A DNA stretch of 63,742 bases, filler included, from Octopus bimaculoides (lineage: Eukaryota): assembly GCF_001194135.2 (NCBI RefSeq). It is 6 parts of 6 records of this genome, joined end to end, with 100 filler letters (N's around TTAATTAATTAA, not from the genome) between each part and the next. Parts side by side here need not be neighbours in the genome. Positions count along the whole stretch, not along the records: positions 46,644 to 60,573 come from NC_069002.1; positions 60,674 to 63,742 come from NC_068981.1; 4 more parts are not named here. The stretch is one strand, 5' to 3'. This document shows positions 53,266 through 63,742 of the stretch, piece by piece. The notes below the pieces were generated by a model, which saw only the letters and a program-made list of their open reading frames with translations, was not told the DNA's origin and did no database searches. A program made the translations under genes and the position numbers. The stretch's first letter is position 1; each line of letters starts with the position of its first letter.

Positions 53266-54808
53266 AGCAGACTCGTTAGCACGCCGGGCGAAATTCTTAG
53301 CGGCATTTCGTCTATCTTTGCGATTTGAGTTCAAATTTCGCCGAGGACGACTTTACCTTTCATCCTTTCGGGGTCGATAGCTTAAGTACCAGTTGAACAC
53401 TGGTACATCCTCTTCTCCAAACGTGCTACCTTTGAGGCAAAATTTGAAACCATTATCATTCTTATTCTTAAAGCGGTGAGCTGGCAGAATCGTTAGCACG
53501 CCGGGCAAAATGCCTACATGTATTTCGTCCGTCTTTACGTTACAAGTTCAAATTCCTCTGAGGTCCACTCTACCTGTCATCCTTTTGGAGCCGATGAAAT
53601 AAGTACCAGCTGAGCACTGGGGTCGACGTAATTGACTAGTCTCCTTCTACCTAGAGTAAAAAGGGTTATTATTATCAAAGCGGCGAACTGGCAGACTCTT
53701 TACCATGCCGGAAAAAGGAATGCTTAGCGAGTTTATTTTCCGGCACTATTACAGGTTCTGGGCCTATTACAGAAAGGCTTATTGGTAGAATCGTTAGCAC
53801 GCCAGGCGAGATTCTTACTAGCATTTTGTCCGTCTTCACGCTCTGACTTCAAATGCCACCGAAGTCAGCGTTGGCTTTCATTATTTGGAGATCAATAAAA
53901 TAAATACCAGTTGAGTACTGGGTCGTTATAATTGTCTTATCCCCCCTAATTACCCTCAACATTATCAGGATTATGAACTTTAATCGCCACCTCCATTCCA
54001 TCACCACAACATGCTAATAAATCTGGTGGTGATGAAGATGATGATGATGATGATGGTGATAGTGATGGTGATGATGTTGTGGTTGAAGATGATGATGATG
54101 ATGATGATGGTGATCACCATCGGCGTCATTATCATCACCATCACTATCATCATCATCAAGAAGATAATGAAGAGAGAAAGGAGATGAAGAGGAGGAGGAG
54201 GAGAGGAGGATCGTGAGGGTAGTGATGATGACGACGACGATGATGACAGTGATGATGATGATAGTGATGGTGATGATGATGACGACGATGGCGATAATGA
54301 TGCTGATGTTGATCGTCAGCGTCGTCGTCATAATCATCATCACCATCATCATCATCATCATCATCATCACTACTCTCACAATCCCCCTCTCTTCTCCTTT
54401 CCCGCCTTTCTCCCATCAATATCTTCACCCCTCCCCCATCACCATCCTTATCATCGTCATTATAATTATCATATTTTTTTCTTTTTCTTCATCGTTTTTT
54501 TTTTGTTACAATTTTCGTTATTTTTTTTTTTTTGCATTTAATGTATGTTAGGTTCCCGCTTTCTTGTTTTTGCTTATATATATTCCTCGGTGCAGTTTAC
54601 CAATGTTTAGAACGCTGGTAGGAAAAGAAACGAGAAGAAACGACGACGAAGAACATTCCAGAATAACCTTCACAGTGAAAGTTATTAATAGACCGCTTTG
54701 GGAATGTGTGAAGAATAGAAGAGTGAATTTGGTGAATGTTGAAATAGCAGTAGTACCGTTAATGAAAATTCTTAGTCTTCGAATCAACCTTGGTCTCTCG
54801 ATGCCTCT

Positions 54809-54873
<65 letters not shown>

Positions 54874-54992
54874 GTGGTGTGGGGGATCAATATTTTTGTG
54901 GAAGACATCACGTGCAGGCTGCGACGTTTTCACGATCGCTGTTTACCACGTTAGTAAAATGGAGGCAGATGATAATGGCGATATCTTGTAGT

Positions 54993-55037
<45 letters not shown>

Positions 55038-55334
55038 GGAGAAAAACCCTTTCTGAAACATACAGATTCTTAAGGGCCGGTTTCCATGGCGTATATATTC
55101 TCCTCCTGGATGGGACGCTGGTCCATCGCAGCGTTACTCATTTTTGTCAGTTGAATGGACTGGAGCAACGTGAAATGAAGTGTTTTGCCCCAAGAACACA
55201 ACTCATCACCCGATCCAGGAATCGAAACCGCAATCTAACGATCATGAGTCAAACACCCCGAACCACTAAGCCACACAGACACACACAGACACACACAGAC
55301 ACACAAACACACACAGACACACACAGACACACAG

Positions 55335-55374
<40 letters not shown>

Positions 55375-56231
55375 ACACGATGGTCTTCTTTTAGTTTTCG
55401 TCAACAGAATCCGTTCACAATGCTTTGGTTAGCCCAAAGCTATAGCACAAGACACTTTGCCAGGGGCTTCTTTTAGTTTCCGCCTACCGCATCCACTCAC
55501 AAGGCTTTTATCGGTCCGAGGCTATAGTACAAGACAATTGTCCAAAGTTTCATGCACAGGGNNNNNNNNNNNNNNNNNNNNNNNNNNNNNNNNNNNNNNN
55601 NNNNNNNNNNNNNNNNNNNNNNNNNNNNNNNNNNNNNNNNNNNNNNNNNNNNNNNNNNNNNNNNNNNNNNNNNNNNNNNNNNNNNNNNNNNNNNNNNNNN
55701 NNNNNNNNNNNNNNNNNNNNNNNNNNNNNNNNNNNNNNNNNNNNNNNNNNNNNNNNNNNNNNNNNNNNNNNNNNNNNNNNNNNNNNNNNNNNNNNNNNNN
55801 NNNNNNNNNNNNNNNNNNNNNNNNNNNNNNNNNNNNNNNNNNNNNNNNNNNNNNNNNNNNNNNNNNNNNNNNNNNNNNNNNNNNNNNNNNNNNNNNNNNN
55901 NNNNNNNNNNNNNNNNNNNNNNNNNNNNNNNNNNNNNNNNNNNNNNNNNNNNNNNNNNNNNNNNNNNNNNNNNNNNNNNNNNNNNNNNNNNNNNNNNNNN
56001 NNNNNNNNNNNNNNNNNNNNNNNNNNNNNNNNNNNNNNNNNNNNNNNNNNNNNNNNNNNNNNNNNNNNNNNNNNNNNNNNNNNNNNNNNNNNNNNNNNNN
56101 NNNNNNNNNNNNNNNNNNNNNNNNNNNNNNNNNNNNNNNNNNNNNNNNNNNNNNNNNNNNNNNNNNNNNNNNNNNNNNNNNNNNNNNNNNNNNNNNNATA
56201 TAAAGAGGTTTGTATGATAGTGTATAGAGGA

Positions 56232-56648
56232 ATATGTTATTTAAAAGAATTCCAACTCTCTCTGTTTTTTTATGTTTTATTTATATTCTTATAAAATTAA
56301 TGTGGGATATAGAATATGGAATATATAATATAAATAGTAAAATGAAATGAAGTATTGAATGTCTTACTGAATATTAAATATTTAAGGACTAGTATATTTT
56401 CCTGCTTTCTAGTAGTCTTCAAGGTCACAGGGGACCTTGAAGACTGCTAGAAAGCAGGAAAGTATACTAGTCCTTAAATATTTAATATTTAATATTCAAT
56501 ATTTCATTTATTCAATAAGAGATTCAATACTTCATTTCATTTTACTATATATACTATATATACTATATATTTCACATTCTATATCCCACATTAATTTTAT
56601 AAGAATATAAATAAAACATAAAAAACAGACAGAGTTGGAATTCTTTTG

Positions 56649-56656
<8 letters not shown>
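56232..56656. repeat. Long fold-back palindrome (arms ~195 and ~224 nt, 6-nt loop)
   Basis: ...ctagtagtcttcaaggtc-acaggg-gaccttgaagactgctag... The arms stay complementary out to aaaagaattccaactct / agagttggaattctttt. Confidence 0.95.
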
Positions 56657-56686
<30 letters not shown>

Positions 56687-57057
56687 TGAGCACAGGAATG
56701 TTGGTTGACCATGGCTCAACTTTCCAGCAGTCAGAAGAGCTCTCAACACGTTTGAGCAAACAGCCTTAGAGAGATGAGAATGGAGATCGTTGTGTCAAAA
56801 TGGTATTACAAATATCAAAATGATACAAGAGACTTTGTTTCAACCAGCATTAACATGCTTAGGGGTTGAAAGCATAGAAACACGGGTTCGAAATATACTG
56901 CCTGTACAGACCCGTAATCCTCATACTTGCAACATATGGAAGCTTCTTTGCAAATCGTTGGTGGGCCCCCAAATGTCACATTCGATATTAGCATTATGAC
57001 TGACAAAGAAAGTGTAGGTTGTAAGATCCTCATATGTCAGAACCGACTCGAAAGTCC

Positions 57058-57085
<28 letters not shown>

Positions 57086-57088
<3 letters not shown>

Positions 57089-57422
57089 AAGGCGCATGAC
57101 TCAGTGTTAGAGCGTCGAGCTTACGATCGCGAGTTTTTGAGTTCGAATCCCGGAACGGGCTGTGTGTTGTGTTCTCGAGCAAGACACTTTATTTCACGTT
57201 GCTCCAGTTAACTCAGCTGTAGAAATGAGTTGTGACATCACAGGTGCCAAGCTCTATCGGCCCCTTTGCCTTTTCCTTGGATAGCATTGGTGGCGTGGAG
57301 AGAGGAGGCCGGTATGCATGGGCCACTGCTGGTCTTCCATAAACAACTTTGCCTGGACTTGTGCCTGGGAGGGTAACTTTCTAGGTGCAATCTCATGGTC
57401 AGTCAAGACCGAAGGGGGTCTC
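57086..57422 (+). mobile_element. Full-length tRNA-derived SINE family C
   Basis: ggcgcatgactcagtgttagagcg (A box)...gagttcgaatccc (B box)...ctcgagcaagacactttatttcacgttgctccag. A partial copy lies at about 16700-17013. Confidence 0.88.
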
Positions 57423-57723
57423 AGCATATATTTATACATATAATATTATATATCTGTAATATGGATATACATATATATATATATATATGTATGTATGCAC
57501 ACACACACATATAGTCATACATATATACGTAGTGGCTGCTTTGTCTTATGCGAGGACAGTCATTGCTAGAAAGAATTATTGAAATGAGTCATTGATGATG
57601 TAATGTGAGGCCAATATATGATTCTTGAGCCCCACCAAAGAGTCCAGGCTCAAATACTGTAGAAAAGTAGTCATTATTGTCACGCAAAAAAAAAAAGGTA
57701 AAGACAAGGAAACGTAAACTCAC

Positions 57724-57795
57724 CAACTTTGGTATCTTCAGGCTTGACAATAATTTTCGATGATTGGAGTAACGTTGGGGGTTCGTTGGTAGAAA
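57724..57795 (-). CDS. Cadherin-domain gene, exon encoding the start of an EC repeat: (x)STNEPPTLLQSSKIIVKPEDTKV(G)
   Basis: On the minus strand a polypyrimidine acceptor tttatttcttctctcgcag precedes a 72-nt open exon (phase 1/1) ending at the canonical donor G|gtgagt. The peptide has the cadherin N-x-PP and E-D-T-x-V-G strand A/B motifs and splices in frame to 47993-48159. Confidence 0.85.
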
Positions 57796-58057
57796 CTGCG
57801 AGAGAAGAAATAAACAAATTAGTGCGAGAAAAAACCCCGAAAAAAACTAACGAAAAATATACTGTATTGTGTGGTAAACTGAAAAGACACCACCTTATTT
57901 AACACGACTAGAACGAACACAACCAAAAGTTTAGGTGCTTTTAACTGAGTTCATAAAAGGCTTGTGGTTCCCACTTTTGGATGATAAGCACGATGCTTGA
58001 AATGTAGTTTCACATAAACCGACTGGATTTTGGTCACCTTTTCCTAGGTTTCATACA

Positions 58058-58102
<45 letters not shown>

Positions 58103-58445
58103 GTCTTTGCACAGTTTCTAACGCTGGAGATGTATTACGGTGTCAGCTTTTCACTACCAGTGAAGTAAGGTAACACCCCTTATTTTTCGAGCACCTTCCG
58201 GAGTATTCGAGCAGTTCCAAGCAGTGCTGTTTTCTGCAAGTGCTCCATGTACCTCTCAAAATCTTATTGCAACCCCTATTTGTTCCTTGTACCTCTCAAG
58301 ATATTCTTCTTCTTCTTCTTCTTCTTCTTCTTCTTCTTCTTGGATAAGTGTTCTCTTGGACGTAAAAAGCCGGGACAAATACCGCAAGGTATATTTTCCG
58401 ATGGTCTACCAATTTTCACTGCTCACCGACTTATAGATTTTAACG
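58103..58445 (-). mobile_element. R4/Dong-like LINE 3' end with (TAA)n tail
   Basis: Reverse complement of the 60675-60835 type terminus (EHLQKTALLGTARILRKVLE). It has an internal (TTC)n insertion and ends in an (ATT)n array. Confidence 0.75.
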
Positions 58446-60674
58446 TAGACCTAAGTTTAAACATTTGATGGAGGTTGGGCAGTAGATAGCATTAACTTGA
58501 GTATTTAACAACTACTTTACTTTATCGTCTCCAGAGCGACGAAGGTCAAAGGCGTCCTCAGCGGTATTCGAACTCATAGCGTAGAGTAGTGAGACAAAAT
58601 TACCGCTAGGTGTCCAATATCCTAACGATTCAGTAAGTAATATAGGTAAATCTTTGGGGATGGATGTAGTATGCTTATCATATGGACACCAGTATTTCAC
58701 TGGTACTCCTTTTTATTAACCCTCGGAAACAAAAAATGATGGTTCGACTCTCTACTGGTTCGGCATTGGCAGAATTTGAACTCAGAAGGTGAATGTACAA
58801 TACACTGATGTTCAGCCAACTTTGGCATTCACACATATAATTAACAAACCAGTAACGAATAGAAAAATAATCCCAAAAGCATAACCAATACAACAACAAA
58901 ATGGCCACACATAATAGTGAGTACATGAATGGCATATATATACGTGTGTGTGTATGTGCGTTACACAAACATACAATACTGTTTTAATTATGAGGGGGTT
59001 GTTAAGGGTGGGGAGCGTGAAGATATTAAAAATTTCAGTGGCAATATGGAAAGAAGTTTAATATTAAAAAAAAAACAACAATATGACTTCAATATGGCGG
59101 TAGATCTAAGAACATTAAATAGATAAAAGTTAGTTGAAAAGATTGAATAACTTAATAAATTGATTACTTGTTAATAAATATTTTAATATGACTCTACTAA
59201 CGATGTTGTGTGTTATTCGTTGTTTTATTGTTGATTTTTGTGTTTGTTTGAAAACGTGTTTATTTTATTAATATTTGCTGTTGGTTTCGGTTGTTTTTGC
59301 TATTCTAAATAACAAGAAAAAAAAAGTGGATTTTTGTTTACTGTGTTGAATAATTTCATCGTGTGTTCAAACCTTGCTTTTTCCGTTTCATTTTGAAAAG
59401 TTTCTCACACCGTGAAGATAATCAAATAAGTGTTTTTTTCTTCTTTCTCTCTCTCTCTCTTCATTATATCGGACTTTATTTTCCTGTTCTCTTCACTAAT
59501 CCGGAATAAAGTTATGTTGTCTTTATACACTCAACATTTAATTAACCCCTTCTCATTTTCTCTACTCATTCCTCTCCCTCTCTTGCTCGTAGACACTCTC
59601 TCTCTCCAGACCTCTCTTACTCTCCATTTCTCTCTCTCTTCAAGCGTCATTGTCTCCGTCCTTTCTCTCAGGATATCTGCTTTTCCTTGTCATCCTCTTT
59701 CTCCTCCTCCTGGTCCTCTTTCATCCACTTCCCTTCCGTCTTCCTCCGCCTTTCCCCCTCCTCCTCCCACGTTTCTGTTTCTTCTCTCATCTCAACTTCG
59801 CCTCCCCTCCGTCTTCTTTGCTCCCTACTCCTCCTTACTCTTTTCCTAAGTCCAGCTTTTTCCCTGGTTGCCTCTCTTACTCTCTTTCTCTCTCTCCCTC
59901 CCTCCCACCCCCTTTTCCTCTTTCTAACCTGTTGTCATCGTGACCTCTTCTCACTCCTCTCCAACCCATTATCAATTATTCACAGCTCCCCCCTCTATTT
60001 CACCCCACACATCTCTTCTCTGCTATATTTCCTTTGTGTTCTGTCAACACACAAAATATATATGCGTCACATACGTCACCCATCACCCTTCCCCATCCGT
60101 CCCCACTGAATATTTACACCTTCCCCTATAAACTCATACACCCGTTTGTCACCAATCCCTCTCTCCCTCTCATTGTACATTATCCCCTATTATCCCCTCA
60201 TTCTTTGAAACACTCATACACCCGTATGCCACCCTTATGTCACCCAATCTCACTTCTGCTGAATTAGTTTTCTGTTTACCACTTGAGAATTTGATTTAAA
60301 AATTAAATTTAACCGAATTACATCCACCCGTGCTACAACTCCTCCACCACACTGCTGTATTTTAAAACAACCAACAACCAAACACATATCCATCCATCCA
60401 TCCATCCATCCATCCATCCATATATCCAGCCACTTATGCAACGATCCAGTCTTCCATCCACCCGTCCATCCGTTCGTCCGTCAATCCATCCATCCATCCA
60501 TCCATCCATCCATCTACCTAATATATGTATATACATATATATATATACATACATATATATATATATATATACANNNNNNNNNNNNNNNNNNNNNNNNNNN
60601 NNNNNNNNNNNNNNNNNTTAATTAATTAANNNNNNNNNNNNNNNNNNNNNNNNNNNNNNNNNNNNNNNNNNNNA

Positions 60675-61516
<842 letters not shown>

Positions 61517-61578
61517 ATAATAATAATAATAATAATAATAACAACAACAACAACAACAACAACAATAATAATAATAAT

Positions 61579-61647
<69 letters not shown>

Positions 61648-62552
61648 AATAATAATAAAAATAATAATTTCTACTAAATATAACAGATTTAACCAGAACA
61701 TTCTATATTGTAAATCTTTAAGTATTTCATACATAAATATACATAAATTTCATACATCATCATCATTTAACGTCCACTTTCCATGCTAGCATGGGTTGGA
61801 CGATTTGACTGGGGACTGGCAAACCAGATGGCTACACCAGACTCCAATCTGACATAAGTATTTCATACATAAATAAAGTATTTTATAACAGAAATATTCC
61901 TCAGAGGAAGAATTCAAATAGTTAAAAAGAGAAGAAAACATACATACACACATACATACATACATACATAAACACACATATAAACACATACACTCATACA
62001 TATATGCATGCATACACACATATACATGCATATATGAATGCATATGCACACATATACATATCTTCGGAGGTAGACTTCGGAGGTCACCATTTTTAACACC
62101 ACCACCACCACCATCATCTATGAACTTTGGGTACCTTAAGAGGACCCCACTCTGTTGGAAGCTTTCATGTCAGGTCTCTGGTTTGAGAATAGGGTCTTCC
62201 CTCCCTCCAAGCCTCCAATCATTGCTACTGCCTTCTTGAATACCAAGAAAAAGTGCTCCAGCATGGCCACAGCCTTTGACCTCCAACACACAAAATAATG
62301 TATTTTTAGTATCTAGTTTGTTTGGTTTCGTTTTAGCATAGGTTTTTTTTTCGTCCGGGTTTTTTTGTTTTTCCTATATTTAGAATATTGTAAATATAAG
62401 AAAAAAAACGAATACATAACTGGAAAGTATTTGCTGGGTTTTTCCAACATACGCAGGGGAGGAGGTTTTCCAGTCATTTGGTGTTTGTGGAAATTGAGCA
62501 TACCCACAATACACACACAAACACACACACACTCATACAGAATGCACACTCA

Positions 62553-62592
<40 letters not shown>

Positions 62593-62622
62593 TACAGAAT
62601 ACACACACACTCACACGCACAA

Positions 62623-62653
<31 letters not shown>

Positions 62654-62829
62654 TACAGAATACACACTCACACACTCACACGCACAAACACACACACAGC
62701 ATATAGAATACACACTCACACACTCACACGCACAAACACACACACACACACACACACGAACTGACACAGAATGCACACTTACACACTCCCAGAATACGCA
62801 CAGACACACACACACACCACAGACACACA

Positions 62830-62869
<40 letters not shown>

Positions 62870-63432
62870 NNNNNNNNNNNNNNNNNNNNNNNNNNNNNNN
62901 NNNNNNNNNNNNNNNNNNNNNNNNNNNNNNNNNNNNNNNNNNNNNNNNNNNNNNNNNNNNNNNNNNNNNNNNNNNNNNNNNNNNNNNNNNNNNNNNNNNN
63001 NNNNNNNNNNNNNNNNNNNNNNNNNNNNNNNNNNNNNNNNNNNNNNNNNNNNNNNNNNNNNNNNNNNNNNNNNNNNNNNNNNNNNNNNNNNNNNNNNNNN
63101 NNNNNNNNNNNNNNNNNNNNNNNNNNNNNNNNNNNNNNNNNNNNNNNNNNNNNNNNNNNNNNNNNNNNNNNNNNNNNNNNNNNNNNNNNNNNNNNNNTGA
63201 TAAGAAGCTTGCTTCTCAACCACATGGCCCCGGGTTCAGTCCCACTGCGTGGCATCTTGGGCATGTGTCTTCTACTGTAGCCTCGGGCCGACCAAAGCCT
63301 TCTGAGTGAATTTGGTAGACAGAAACTGAAAGAAGCCGGAGAGCTGGCAGAAACGTTAGCACGCCGGGCGAAATGCTTAGCGGTATTTCGTCTGCCGTTA
63401 CGTTCTGAGTTCAAATTCCGCCGAAGTCGATT

Positions 63433-63690
63433 CCTCTCTCGACCTTGCTGACGTAGTCCAAAGGAGTGTGGAGCATTACGTTTGGCACCAGCTTGGTTGC
63501 CGGAAGAGTGTCGAGTCGAACACTAACCCGCCTACGGGGCTCCACTCCGGATTTCTTTGAAGGTTCTCTCCTTTCCGTAACCCTGGGTAGGGGCCCATAC
63601 CGGGAGCTGTCAGCCGGAGCCAGCTGAATCTGGGACTCGTACCAGGCAGGGTCGTCATTCCCTGAAGTAGTGAAGAAAATCGCTACCCAC
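63433..63690 (-). mobile_element. Probable RTE-type LINE 5' UTR fragment
   Basis: GC-rich block (ggccctacccagggttacggaaagg...gaaatccggagtggagcccc...ggtgccaaacgta...aaggtcgagagagg) that resembles RTE 5' UTRs as I recall them. Not database-verified. Confidence 0.4.
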
Positions 63691-63704
63691 TACCTACATA
63701 CATA

Positions 63705-63739
<35 letters not shown>

Positions 63740-63742
63740 AGA

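Noticed and set aside
54601-54656. ATG exon MFFVVVSSRFFSYQRSKH that could splice via the 26-nt micro-exon into the cadherin frame
   Set aside because: It gives no signal peptide and omits the NEPP...EDTKVG strands, which exon 57724-57795 supplies convincingly.
57086-57160. tRNA-like A/B boxes here and in other repeats
   Set aside because: These are heads of multi-copy SINEs with non-tRNA bodies, with no complete cloverleaf.
59430-60260. Ser/Pro/Leu-rich ORFs
   Set aside because: CT-rich low-complexity DNA that is open in several frames by composition.

Overview
AT-rich eukaryotic draft-assembly window, dense in microsatellites, with many N gaps. The SINE/LINE repertoire and the (TA)n/(CA)n/(TACA)n density suggest a coleoid cephalopod such as Octopus (inference). 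Five identical N44-TTAATTAATTAA-N44 spacers are assembly join markers and cut the window into six segments. The only host gene I can support is a minus-strand cadherin-domain gene. Small GT-AG exons at 57724-57795, 47993-48159 and 43765-43845 splice in frame, across one join, into a cadherin (EC) repeat: STNEPPTLLQSSKIIVKPEDTKVG-DKIGVITARDKD...PLDRDW-PTSHVDAAQGEGYKLEYFVIENTKANT. A weaker fourth exon candidate lies at 39177-39239. The rest is transposon debris: mariner DD34D, a DD37D/maT element with both TIRs, an internally deleted Helitron, a CRE-clade LINE, RTE and CR1/Jockey-like LINE fragments, restriction-like-endonuclease LINEs embedded in (TAA)n and (TACA)n, several tRNA-derived SINE families, TTAA-type MITEs and Penelope-like relics. 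The most notable structures are a 425-bp intronic fold-back palindrome, four stacked LINE 3' ends in one (TACA)n array, and three covarying hammerhead-like stem motifs. I see no CRISPR array, rRNA or true tRNA gene, and no intact novel multi-gene system that the sequence alone supports.
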